DNA of 64,000 nt from Malacoraja senta (Eukaryota), in the NCBI GenBank assembly GCA_038087875.1, contig JAXLNO010004584.1:186001-250000 (forward strand). The letters run 5' to 3'. The notes below the pieces were generated by a model, which worked only from the letters and a program-made list of their open reading frames with translations, made no database searches and was not told the DNA's origin. The translations under genes and the position numbers were made by a program. This document shows positions 21,605 through 34,366 of this stretch, piece after piece (position 1 is the stretch's first letter; every line of letters starts with the position of its first letter).

Positions 21605-24534
21605 ATCCATATGTTTCAAGTAGGTTCATTAGATTTGGGAGACATATATCTGGTCGTTCAAGAAAAATAATGACATCATCAGCAAAAAGACCAATGATAT
21701 GTTCTTTCCCCCTATTTTGACCCCCTGCAATAAGGCAGAGGTCTTCTCTCTGCCTTATTGCTTGTGCTAAGGGTTCAATATACAAAACGAAGAGAGTAGG
21801 AGAAAGACAGCATCCTTGTCTTGTGCCCCTCTCTAACTGGATCCTTTTTGATAGGTTTCCATTTATCTTAATCCTGGCTGTAGGCTCCTGATATATTGTT
21901 TTAATACAACGAATTGCATCTTCATTGAAACCAAATCTCCTTAGTACTTCATATAAAAATACCCAACTAACACTATCAAAGGCTTTTCTGCATCTAAACT
22001 GACCAGGACCATATTTGTATCCTTTTTTTTAGCATTATCCACAATGTGGAGGGTTCTTCTAATATTGGCCTGTGTTTGTCGCCCCCTAATCAATCCAGTT
22101 TGGTCTTCATTAATCAGATCGGGTACAAAAGTCTCGAGTGTTTTGCAAATGATTGAGGTAAATAGTTTGTAGTCTACATTTATAATTGAGATTGGCCTGA
22201 AATGTTTACATTGCTCTTTGTCTTTGCCTTCCTTAGGTAAAATGGTAATAATTGCTTCCTTCCATGATGGGGGAGCCCTGCCCTCTTTAAGGGTCCAGTT
22301 AAAGCAAGACAGGAGCAGAGGTGTTAGCTCTTTCTTAAAGGCCTTGTACCATTCTGGTGGAAACCCATCGCTGACTGGTGATTTACTAGCCTTACTGATT
22401 GCAGCTTCCAGCTCCTTAACCGTAAATTGTGACGTAATGGTATTATTTTGTGTCTCACCAATGGATGGCAGGTCGAGTGAGTTAAGAAAACTTCTCATTG
22501 TCCATTCATCAGTTGATGATGGTTTAGAATAGAGTTTCTTATAGTACTCTTCAAATATTCTTTCTATATCATCTGGCTCATGTGATAATTGATTGGTTTT
22601 AGGATCTCTTATTTTATGAATTGTATTAGAGGCCTGCTGTTTATGCAGGCGTCTGGCCAGGAGTCTAGTTGCTTTTGGACCTGCTTCACAATAGGCCTGC
22701 TTTACAAATCTTGCCCTTTTTTCCATATCTCCCCTGTGGATCTCATCTATCTCCCCCCTTATTTCCTTAATCTGTTTTAGTACCAACTGATCCTGCATGT
22801 TTTTTCTCCAGTTCTTTCAATTTTTCTACTTTATGTTCATACGTAGCTAGCTGGGCATTTTTTTGTGATGATGTCAGGGCGATCAGCTTTCCACGTATAA
22901 CTGCCTTCATAGCATCCCACAATACTACAGGATCCACATCCCCATCATCATTCTCTTCTATGTACCTTTTTATCTCTTCCCTTATTTATTCCACATTTGC
23001 CACCATTCAGAATACCCACATTTAGCCTCCAAACAGTATTTCTTTTTCTACTATTCAGGAGTACTGTCAAGCTGATTGCACTGTGATCAGATACATCTGC
23101 CACCCCGATTTTACACTCTGTGATCCTGTGACTTTTACCCGTATTCATTAAAAAGTAGTCAATCCTGGAGTAGACTGAGTGAGGTACTGAATAGTGTGTG
23201 TAGTCCCATTCTAAAGGGTAAAGTTCTCTCCAAACATTAGGCCCATTTCCTGCACACTTGGTCAGATGCATCTTGTTTTTTTAGGAATGTTGTATCCAAA
23301 TTATGATTCATGGCCACATTGAAGTCCCCTCCACATATCAAAATATCTTCAGTCTCTAAGCAATAATGTCAAAGAGTTTTGAAAAAACATTTGGTATTCT
23401 CTGGGGGGGGGGGGGTTGGGTATATACATTGATCAGTGTCACTACTTTGTTTTCCAGCTTTCCTTTAACTAATACATACCTTCCCTCTTTGTCCCTGACT
23501 TCTTTATGACATTCAAATTGGACTGCATTAGTGATAAGGATAGCCACTCCCCTCTTTTGGCTAGTTTTATAGGAACTCTAAAATGCATTTCGAAAGCCAA
23601 AGCGTTTTAATTTCTCATGTTCTTGTTGAGGCAGGTGGGTTACTTGTAAAAATAGTACCTGAGCCTTTTCTTTTTTCAGTTTAGCCAGGACCTTGCTCCT
23701 TTTAACTGGAAAATTCATCCCATTTACATTGAGTGACACCAACTTGATAGTATTACTTGACATTTAATTTACCTAATCCTGTATTGCATTCATAAATCTC
23801 CAGATAACTTGGAACTGTGCAGGTCTGAACATCTGGACAACATGTGTCAAACAATGAAAAATAAAAAAAGAGAAAACAGTTGACTTCTAAGTAAGGATGA
23901 TTTCTTGCCCCAGGTAGAGGGGAAAACCTCCTCCCAGAGGGCCCCTCACTAGAGGTGAAACACTCTATTTCACGCATCCTAGTATCGTCCAACGTCATCC
24001 GATAGCACTTATTTTCTAGTCCAAAAGAAGTGGTGACCCAATAAAAGCTAGTTGGATGGGGTCTGCTCAGACTCCTGTCGTCGCTCTCTTGCTGTCTCAC
24101 TCCCATCTTCGCTCCTCTTTCCAACTCTCTGCCATGTCAAAGCCTGGAGAAGACGCTCCATCTCTGGGTCCGCCGGCTCCTCAGCACTGTAATCTGGTGT
24201 GTCCACGGAGTAGCCTCTCCTCCTCAGCTCCTGCGCAGCGTCTTGTGCACTATGATATGTGCATGTTCCCGAGTCCCAGTGAATGCGCATCTTGTCTAGC
24301 GGGCACCTCTCTCCTTCAGGGCCCACTTTATTCCCTTATATGCCTTGCGCTTCTGGCTAACCTCCGTTGCATAGTCATGGTCAATGATAGACGTCGCCCG
24401 TCAATCATTACCTTCTTTCCCCAGGCCTTTTTCAATACCATTTCTTTGGTATTAAACTCCAGGAAATTTACCATTATGGACCTAGGTAGTGCGTTACGTT
24501 CCGGTTTGCGAGCCAAAGCTCTGTCGTCACATTT

Positions 24535-24957
24535 ATTTATATAGCACATTTAAAAAACAACTCTCGTAGGCCAAAGTGCTTTACATTTGTTATAAGAATA
24601 GCATAAACAAAAAAAACTACATACATGTATACATGTAGCCCTCGCTCAGAGGACGTCAGGAAAGGCTTGGGAGTATAGATAAGTTTTTAGTCTTGACTTA
24701 AAAGAGTCGATGGAGGGGGCAGTTCTGATGGGAAAGGAGATGCTGTTCCACAGTCTAGGGGCTGCAACCGCAAAGGCGCGGTCGCCCCTGAGCTTATGTC
24801 TAGACCGTGGGCTATTCAGCAACCCCAAGTCGGCCGATCTGAGGGGCCTGGAGGTGGACTGGTGGGTGAGAAGACTTTTTATGTAGGTGGGGGCAAGCCC
24901 ATTGAGGGCTTTGTAGACATGGAGGAGGAACTTGAAGTTTATACAGAACCGCACAGT
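24535..24957 (-). mobile_element. L2-clade LINE 3' fragment inserted in L1 ORF1
   Basis: ORF INFKFLLHVYKALNGLAPTY...GDRAFAVAAPRLWNS; tail tgtaaagcactttg...gctatataaataaa. Confidence 0.85.
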
Positions 24958-25399
24958 GCGTGTGCTGGATCCGTAGGTTGGTGTCCGTTGTTATTGCGAG
25001 TTCAGTTTTCAAAAGTTGTTCCACAAATTCAGACATGAATTTGCCTTCTTTCTATTCGGGTACGCCGTAGATGCGAATGTTATTGCGTCTAGACCGTCCT
25101 TCCAAATCAGTCCGTTTTTCTTGCATGACTTTCTGTTTTTTCATAGATTTAATCAGCCATTTTTCATAGCCATGTTAATTGTCTCAGTCTCTTCGATTCA
25201 TGCCTGTGCTTTGTTTAGTCTAGTTTTGTGGGCGTGGATTTGTTTGGAGTTAGCAGAAAGTTTATTGTATATTTCGTGCTTCAGATCTTTGAGATCGGCG
25301 GTGAAGAGCTGGGGGTGAGAAAAGACCAGGAGACCCAGATCAATCAAATGACCTGTGTGACAGGTCCCATTGTTAGCTCGGGAAGGTGTGATCTCAAGA

Positions 25400-25578
25400 G
25401 ACAAACAATGTGGAGAACGGTGGAAATGGTTACATGAGAAAGAAGGGGGAGGGAATGAAATTTGTGTAAACAGTATTGGATGTAGGTATAGCCTCCAAGA
25501 ATGTCGGACGAATTCCTTGCACGGTTTCTGTATTAGACATATATTTTTACTTGAATAAAGTTTAAAAAAAAAAAAAAT
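25400..25578 (+). mobile_element. 3' UTR and poly(A) fragment of the same Tx1-like family as 28391-33128
   Basis: tatagcctcc..aatgtcgga...ttacttgaataaagt followed by poly(A), shared with 33030-33110. Confidence 0.65.
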
Positions 25579-26094
25579 TTAAACATTGAATTCTTTAACT
25601 TTAAATAACTTCCCCTTACACTTCCCCCTCTTCCTCCCCCCTTCCATGTCATTTTACCAGTTCCTCCACATTGTTTGTTTATAGTTCACACCTTCCCAAT
25701 CCAACAATGGACCTTCCAGCCTCCAATCATTTGTGGCTGGTCCTAATTGATCCTGGTCTTTTCTCACCTCCAGTTCTTCACCCCCACTCCCCCCCCCTCA
25801 ACTTTCAGCTTGAAGAAAGGCCCCGGCCAGAAAGGCCACCCAGCCTTTTTCTTTGGAGAACCACCTGACCCACGGTGTTACTCCAGCACTTTGTATCTAT
25901 CTTTGGTATAAACCAGCATCTGCAGTCCGGGGAAGGAGAGCAAGAGTAATAGCGGAGCTTTGGGATACCGAGGGTCCTCGTCTATGACAGAAGAGGTGAA
26001 CCACCATTCCCTAAAGATGCCAAGACATCTCAGATGACGCTCTGCAAATTGGAGGAACAGCACCTCATATTTTGCCTGGACAACTTATAACCTA

Positions 26095-26653
26095 AGGGCC
26101 TGTCCCATGAGCATGCGACTGCATGCGGCTAGCGTGACCTAACGTGGTCGCGCTAGCCGTGTGGCCTCGCGGGGCCGGTCCCACTTCGATCGCCGGAGCC
26201 GCATGGAGTTGTGCGGAGCTTGTCCCGACATCGCGCGGGGCTCCGAAAAACGGAGTGTTCAAAAATTCCGCGCGGCAAAGGCCTGCCGGCCCGCTGCCGC
26301 ATGGAAGCCGCACGCGCCGCCTCGACGCCGTATGCAGCGTCTCGATGCCAAACGCAATGTCTTGACGCCGTGTGCACTGTCTTGACGGCATATGCCTAGC
26401 GCGTGGCGTTGCGCGATATCACAGCCTGGCGTATCGTTGCGTGATGACGTAACCGCCCGACGCCGTGCGACGTCCAAATTCAGTCGGCCCGCCTCCTGCC
26501 CAGCTGATTGGTGAGTTTGATGTCGGGACCAGCTCCGCACAACTCCAGACGCCTCCGCGGTTGGAAGTGGGACCGGCCCCGCGAGGCCGTACGGCTCAAG
26601 CCACGTTTGGTCGCGCTAGACGCATGCAGTCGCATGCTGATGGGACAGGCCCT
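26095..26653. mobile_element. MITE of the same family as 2565-3114, with long inverted arms, inserted in a Penelope 3' fragment
   Basis: TIR agggcctgtccca / tgggacaggccct; ~140-bp imperfect inverted arms; the flanks rejoin as Penelope sequence; TSD ambiguous (cta/taa). Confidence 0.7.
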
Positions 26654-27307
26654 TAATGGTATGAACATTGATTTCTCTAACTTAAAGTAAACTTGCATCC
26701 CCTCTCTCTCCATCACCACCCAAACCCTCTTGCGAATTTCACCGTTTGTATTCCTTGGATATCACCGCGTCCCCAGTCCACCATGGGCTCCACCTATCCT
26801 GAGTCATCGATACAGGCTCTGCTTGTTCTGCACCTTCCCATATCTCAAGTTTCCTCTTCCCCGACTCTGTCAAATGAAGGGTCTCGACCCAAAATGTCAC
26901 CTATTCCATTTCACCAGAGATGCTATGCTGCCTGACCCACTGAGTTACTCCAGCATTTTGTGTTTATCTTCGGTGTAAACCAACATCTGCAGTTCCTTCT
27001 AACACATTTTATCTGCAGTTCTTTGTTTCTACGATGCAGTTCCTTGTTATTCCAGGATGAGACCTGGTTGCATTCTGTGACCTTGCAACACCCTCTCTCA
27101 CTGCACCCCTTCTGTGATTCCTCCCGCTTTTGCGAATCTTTCATTCATTTGTTCTATGTACCGACTATATCTCTCGTTTCCCTTTCTAATGACTATCAGT
27201 CTGAAGGCGGGCTTCGCCCCGAAACATCACCTATTCCTTCTCTCCAGAGATGTTGCCTGAGCAACTGAGTTACTCCAGCATTTTGTATCCAACTTCGGTG
27301 AATGAAA

Positions 27308-28390
27308 GGTACACAAAAACGCTGGAGAAACTCAGCAGGTGCAGCAGCAACTATGGAGCGAAGGAAATAGGCAACGTTTCGGGCCGAAACCCTTCTTCAG
27401 ACTGATAGGGGGTGGGGAGCAGAAAGGAAAAAGGCGGAGGAGGAGCCCGAGGGCCAAGGGATGGGAGGAGACAGCCCGAGGGCTGAGGAAGGGGAGGAGA
27501 CAGCATGGGCTAACAAAATTGGGAGAATTCAATGTTCATGCCCCCATGTTGCAGACTACCCAAGTGTAATATGAGGTACTGTTCCTCCAATTTCCGGTGT
27601 TGCTCGCTCTGGCCATGGAGGAGACCCAGGACAGAGGTCGGATATGGAATGGGAGGGGGAGTTGAAGTGCTCAGGTTGGTTATTGCGGACCGAGCGGAGG
27701 TGTTCGGCGAAACGATCGCCAAGCCTCCGCTTGGTCTCACCGATGTAGATCAGCTGGCATCTAGAGCAGCGGATGCAATAGATGAGGTTGGAGGAGGTGC
27801 AGGTAAACGTTTGTCGCACCTGGAAAGGCTGCTTGGGTCCTTGAATGGAGTCGAGGGGAGAGGTGAAGGGCCAAGTGTTGCATCTCTTGCGGTTGCAAGG
27901 GAAAGTGCCCGGGGAGGGGGTTGTGTGGGAGGGAAGGGAAGAATTGACAAGGGAGTTACGGAGGGAGCGGTCTTTGCGGAAGGCAGACATGGGGGGGAGA
28001 TGGGAAGATGTGGCGAGTGGTGGGGTCACGTTGGAGGTGGCGAAACTTACGGAGGATTACTTGTTGTATGTGACGGCTGGTGGGGTGAAAGGTGAGGACT
28101 AGGGGGACTCTGCCCTTCTTGTGAGTGGGGGGGATGGGGAGAGAGAACAGTGTTGCGGGGTATGGAAGAGACCCTGGTGCGAGCCTCATCTATGGTGGAG
28201 GAGGGGATCCTGTTCCCTGAAGAATGAGGACATTTCCAATGCCCTGGTTTGGAACGCTTCATCCTGGGAGCAGATGCAGCCTACACGGAGGAATTGGGAG
28301 TAGGGGATGGAGTCCTTACAGGAAGCAGGGTGGGAAGAAGTGTAGTCCAGATAGCCATGGGAGTCAGTGGGTTTATAGTGGATGTCGGTC
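27308..28390 (-). mobile_element. Penelope-like element 3' fragment
   Basis: RT C-terminus plus GIY-YIG region; the terminal repeat ends gtgtacc at 27308; hammerhead core at 27373-27400. Confidence 0.9.
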
Positions 28391-31300
28391 AGAAAGTGAA
28401 TGAAACGGTGAACGGTGAATGAAATGTGCTCAGGAACTGCAAGTCAGCAGCAATTCGGCAAAGGTTGCTTCCTTTGGACAGCCCGACCATGAGGATACAT
28501 GAGCTACGTGGGACAACCCAGGCTGTGCAGGAAATGTAACAAGCCTGGGCATGTGATGGCCCAATGCATTGCTGTTGTCTGCAAGAACTGCAAGACGGAG
28601 GGCCATGAGACAAAGGACTGTCAGGCCAGCAAGAACTGCAACCTGTGCGGGGAGCCAGGCCACCTTTACAGGGCCTGCCCTAAAAGAGCCTGCACCTATG
28701 CACAGGCGTCAAGAGGGGCTGCTGCTAGCACCCCCAGGGTGGGTGAGACACCCCTCACCATTGCCAAGACTGCAGCAGAAAGGGGGAACAGGGACGAGGA
28801 CAGCCCGACCACTTTAAGCCCCCAAGTGCCGGAAGGAGACCCCCAGCATCCTGCCCAGGAGGGAGAGTCGATGGAGGAGGGGGAACAGCAGGAGAAATGG
28901 ATGATGGTGACGTACAAGAAGCACCAGAGGGTTCAGCCGAAAGAGCCGAGGTCGGAAAGGGCTGGTAAGTCCAAAAATAAATCCCAAAAAAGATCTCTCT
29001 CCCTGACAGAAGGCAGCAACCTCTCCTCATCGGAGGATGAGGAGACTGGGAAGTCCCAACAATGGAGGCAGAGGAAGAGGGGAGGAAAAGAGAAAGACCA
29101 CACCGATCATCCCCCAGCCCCAGGAGACCGAGAGCAACGCAGCGGCCGAGGGGCTCCAGCCCCAGGACATCGGAAGCAGTGCAGAGGCCGAGGGGCTCCA
29201 GCCCCTGGAGACCGGGGTCATTGCAGCGGTCGATGGGGCCCAGCTCCGGGCAACTGGGAGCATTGCAGCGGCCAATGGGCCCCGGTTCCGGGCGACTGGG
29301 AGCAGCGCAGAGGCCAATGGGCCCTAACCCCGGGCTTGCAGGAGCAGTGAACCAGCCACCGTACCCCAGCTACAGGAGACGGAGGAAGCAGCGCGCCCAG
29401 AAGGGGGTGGAACGAGTAGTCCCCCCCAACGGGCATGAGTGGACACGAGAATGGTCAGTGACTCTAAAGACAATGGAGCTCAAACTGGCATCTTTAAACG
29501 TGCGCAGTATAAAGAGCACTGCGTGATGTGTTAATGTCTTGCAGTACCTGGCCAAGGTCAAGGCAGATGTGACTTTTCTTCAGGAGTGCGGGCTGCCACA
29601 CCTCCGCTGCTATCGGAGGTGGTCGCGATGGTGGCCCCACGGACTGTCGGTGTGGTCGGGGGGCAATGACTGTCGCGCTTCCGGCCTGGGGATCTTGCGG
29701 GGAGGGAACTTCGCCATCACCGAGGTCAGGGAGGTGGTTGGGGGGCGTCTCCTCGTGGTGGATGTTATGTACCGTGGCTCTCTGCTCCGGCTGATTAATG
29801 TGTATGCCTCACCAATGCAGAGCGAGCGGCTGGCCGTTCTCCAGCAGCTCCCAGTGCTGCTGGCCACGTCCCGGCAGCTCGTTCTGGCCGGTGACTTCAA
29901 CTGCATCATCGATGCGGCTGGACGATCCAGCAGTGCCGACAACAGACTGGACAGCACGTCCAAGTTCCTGATGGAGACGGTAAAAGACACAAAGCTGCAC
30001 GACGCCTTCAGCAACCCTGCAGGCGGGTCCCAGCCGCATTTCACCTGGTCGAGATCGGACGGTTTAGCCCGATCCCGGATAGACTTTGTCTTCACGACGA
30101 AGGCCGTCACGGTGAGACACACCGACCACACACCGGTGTTCTTCTCTGACCACTGCCTCCTTCTGGCTTTCTGTCACCTACAGGAGGACCAGAAAGCAGG
30201 CAGAGGGACGTGGAAGTTAAATATGAAGCTGTTGATCCCAGAGAACGTTGAGGAGCTAAAGAGGGACTACGCATGTTGGAGAATGGGAGGCCCCTCTTTG
30301 ACTCCCCGACACTCTGGTGGGAAGCATCCAAGGAGAACATTAAGAGGTTTTTCATAGTTAAAGGGGTTAAGAGAGCAAGACAGAGTCAGAGGGAATTGTG
30401 CCAACTCCAGACAGATTTGCAGCAACTGCTCCTTCTGCAGTCGAGAGGGGTGGATGTGAGGGAGGAACTTAGAGAGGTGAAGGACCGGCAAGCTCGGCTC
30501 TTTACCTCCGAATCCTCCAAGATCATCTTCTGATCCAGGGTCTGCCATGTGGAGCAGGATGAGACGTGCTCACGTTTCTTCTTCCATAAGGTTCACAGGG
30601 GGAGCTCTGTGATGAACAGCTTTAGGGAGGAGGACGGCTCGGTAACATCCTTGCAGATGGATATGCTGAGGATCTGCACATCCTTTTACACGGATTTGTA
30701 TGACAGAAAGGCCACAGACAGCACCACCTCCCAGAACTTCCTGTCTATAACGGAGGTCTTGGAGGACAGCAAGTGGGAGAGTCTGGACCAACCACTGACC
30801 CTAGAGGAGATGACTGGCTCCATCCGTTCCTTTGACTCAAGTAAAACTCCCGGAAGCGATGGCTTACCGGCCGAGTTGTATTCAGCTCTGTGGGACTGGG
30901 TGGGCCCGGACCTGCTGGAAGTGTACAACGACATGCTTCTAGCCGGCAGCATGTCAGACTCGATGAGGAAGGGCAGCATCACCCTAATCTACAAGCAGAA
31001 GGGGGAGATGAAGGATATAAGGAATTGGAGACCCATAACATTGTTGAATGTAGATTATAAGATCCTGTCTAAGGCCATTGCCAACCGGGTCAAGTCTGCT
31101 CTGGGACAGGTGATCCACCCAGACCAAACCTGTGCTGTACCTGGCAGGAAAATCTCAGACAGCCTAGCGCTGCTGAGAGATACCATCGCCTACGTGCAGG
31201 ACAGACGGGCGGATGCCTGCCTAGTCAGCTTGGACCAGGAGAAGGCCTTCGACAGGATATTGCACACGTACATGAGGGACATGCTCTCCAAAATGGGTTT

Positions 31301-33128
31301 TGGGGAGGGAATACGAAATTGGATCAAACTGCTCTACACCAATATCCGTAGTGCAGTCCAAATCAATGGGTGGGAATCAGACAGTTTCCCTGTAAGGTCT
31401 GGAGTCAGGCAGGGGTGCCCTCTCTCTCCTGTCTTGTTTGTCTGCTGTATTGAACCTTTTGCCAAGTCCATCAGGAAGGATGCGAGCATAAGAGGAGTGA
31501 CATTGCCAGGCAGTGGGGGCATTCAAGTCAAAACCTCCCTGTACATGGACGATGTCGCCGTCTTCTGCTCGGTTCCAGGGTCGGTCCGCAGACTGATTAG
31601 TATCTGCGACCAGTTTGAGTCGGCCACGGGGGCCAGGGTGATCCGCAGGAAGAGCGAGGCCATGCTCTTTGGCAACTGGCCCGATCGAACTTCTGTCCCC
31701 TTCACCATCAAGCCTGACTTCTTGAAGGTGCTGGGGATCTGGTTCGGGGGGGGCTGAGGCGTGTAACAAGAATTGGCTGGAGTGGATAGTCAAGGTGGGG
31801 AAGAAGCTGGAGTTGTGGAAGCAACGCTCCCTCTCCATAACGGGGAAAAATGTGGTCATCAGGTGTGAGGTGCTCTCGGGGCTGCTGTACTTTGCGCAAG
31901 TGTGGCCTGTCCCTCCCTCCTATGCCACAGGGATCACCCGGGCCATCTTCCAGTTCATCTGGGGGTCGAGGATAGACCGGGTGCGACGGGCCACAATGTA
32001 CAAGTCAGCAGACATCAGGGGTAAAAGCGTGCCCAACCTCGCCCTCACCCTGATGGCCACCTTCGTGCTTGGCTGCATCAGGCGGAGTGTAGAACCAAGG
32101 CACGTGGGCACCAAGTGTCACTACCTGCTGAGGTTCTACCTGTCCCCGGTGTTGCGAAGGATGGGCCTGGCGCAGATGCCACGCAATGTGCCAATCAGCT
32201 GGACATTGCCGCCCCATCTGTCGTTTGTGGAAAGGTTCTTCCGGACCAACACCTTTGACCACATGTCCATTGGGCAGTGGTCAGCACGGAATGTCCTGCA
32301 GGCATTGCAGGGAAAGGACTCGATGGATCCAGTGACGTGGTTCCCAGAGCAGACTGCCCAGCTTGTCTGGCAAAATGCCTCATCGCCAGAACTCACCAAC
32401 AAGCACCAAGACCTGGCTTGGCTGGCGGTGAGGGGAGCCCTCCCAGTCAGATCCTTCCTGCACCGTCGGAACCTCACTACCAGCGCACGCTGCCCTCAGG
32501 ACGGCTGCTATGGAGAGGAGACGGTTGCCCACCTCTTTGCAGAGTGTGGATTTGCAAAAAGAGTCTGGAGAAGTATGCAAGGGTCCCTGGAACGCTTTAT
32601 CCCGAACAGCTCCGTCACAGAGGACTCTGTGATTTACGGACTGTTCCCAGGGACACATTCAGAGACTGACATCGAGTGCTGCTGGAGGGTCATCAACTCA
32701 GTGAAAGATGCTCTTTGGTCTGCCCGAGCGTTGTTCACCACCCAGCAGAGCGAGATGTCCGTCAGGGAATGTTGCCGACTGGCCCGCTGCAGACTGCAGG
32801 AGTACGTGCTGAGGGACGCACTGAAGCTTGGTGCAGCCAACGCCAAGGCTCGATGGGGGAGGGCCACAGTCTAGGGTCCTTCCGCTGCTGGACATGGGGG
32901 GCACGGTATGGTGGAGATGCCCCTCAAAATAAGGAAAGAGATCCCATGCCAGGGGGCCACATGAGTGGCACGGGCGGGGGACGGATCTGTGGAATTTAAA
33001 AAAAAATTATTAACTGCATTGAACAATTTGTATAGCCTCCTAAAATGTCGGATGAATTTTTCGCACGGTTCACGTTTTGTATATATTTATTACTTGAATA
33101 AAGTCTATTTTGAAATTTTAAAGAAAAA
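28391..33128 (+). mobile_element. Tx1-like (L1 clade) non-LTR retrotransposon, decayed, truncated in ORF1
   Basis: ORF1 has three CCHC knuckles (CRKCNKPGH, CKNCKTEGH, CNLCGEPGH); ORF2 has EN (LNVRS, FLQEC, AGDFN, SRIDF, SDH), RT (PGSDG, SLDQEKAFD, GVRQGCPLSP, YMDD) and a C-terminal Cys-His motif; AATAAA plus A-rich tail. Confidence 0.93.
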
Positions 33129-34264
33129 ATGAACTGAGCAGAGGTGTTGGGCGAAGCGATCACCGATGTAGAGCAGTTGACACCTAGAACAGCGGATGCA
33201 ATAGATGAGGTTGGAGGAGGTGCAGGTGAACCCCTGCCTCACCCGGAAAGACTGCTTGGGTCCTTGGATGGAGTCAAGGGGGACGTAATGCAACATGTGT
33301 AGCATTTCCTGCAGTTGCAAGGGAAAGTACCAGGGGAGGGGATGGTTTTGGCGGGAAGGAACGAATTGACCAGGGAGTTACAGAGGGAGCAGTCTCTGTG
33401 GAAAGTCGAAAGGGGAGGAGATGGGAAAACATGGCCAGTGGGTGGGATCCCGTTGGAGGTGGCGAAAATAAATTTCTCCTCATCTGCTTCCTAAAAGAAC
33501 TTCCTGTAATCCTGAGGCTGTGACCTCCAGTCTTAGACTCTCCCACTAGTGGGTACATCCTCTCCACAGCCACTCTATCCAAGCCGTTCACTTCACTGAC
33601 CAGCGCCTTATAGAGTCTCAGCATTACATCCCTCTTGTTGTATACAAGCCCTCTCAAAATAAATGCTAACATTGCATTTGCTTTCTTTAATACCGATTCG
33701 ACGCGCAGATTAACTTTTTGGGAATCCTGCACCAATGCTCCCAAGTCCATTTCCATCTCCAATTTCTGAATTCTCTCCCCATTTAGAAAATAATCTACAC
33801 CTTTATTCCTACTACCAAAATGCATGACTCCACACTTTGCTAAGCAGTTTTCCATCTGCCACTTCTCTGCTCACTCTCCCAACCTATCCAAGTCCTTCTG
33901 CAGAGTCCCTGCTTTCTTTACCTGCCCCTCCACCTATTTTCGTACCACCCGCAAACTTGGCCACAAAGCCTTCAATCCCCTCATCCAAATCATTATTAAA
34001 TTCGTAAGTGGCAGGAGCAGAATTAGGCCATTCAGCCCATCATCTACATATTCAATTATGGTTGATCTATCTCTCCTTCTCAATCCCATCCTCCAGCCTT
34101 CTTTCCATAACCGCTGACTAATCAAGAATCTATCTATCTCTATTTTAAAAATATCTATTGATGGCCTCTACAGCCATCTGTGGCAATGAATTCAAAGGAA
34201 AATTTATAGAGAACTAAGTAAAATTCCAGAATGGGGAAAATAAGAAGTCCTTGAATATATTTAC

Positions 34265-34366
34265 CTCCAGTAATTGTGTTAACACACTCAATAAACCTGT
34301 ACTTTTTTCCAACTTTTGTTTCAGTTCACTGAACTCAATAGCAGCACCACGGAGGTCTCTCTGCAC
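34265..34366 (-). pseudogene. ZW10: ZW10 exon 3-like copy (102 bp, VQRDLRGAAIEFSELKQKLEKSTGLLSVLTQLLE)
   Basis: cag acceptor and gtaa donor; aligns to human [34 protein letters not shown]; no following exon 4 on this side. Confidence 0.85.

Larger units (their letters stand above)
21149..25400 (-). mobile_element. L1-clade LINE (ORF1 + ORF2), decayed, 3' end lost in the gap
   Basis: ORF1 DLEGRSRRNNIRIYGVPE-like segment; ORF2 start [44 protein letters not shown] and LFADD. Confidence 0.92.

Noticed and set aside
23403-23418. Poly-G run as a G-quadruplex element
   Set aside because: It is a simple homopolymer expansion inside decayed L1 ORF2 with no further support.
28430-32999. Numerous overlapping antisense and alternate-frame ORFs in the Tx1-like, CR1, Penelope and DIRS elements
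   Set aside because: They are by-products of GC-rich TE coding strands and have no independent motifs.
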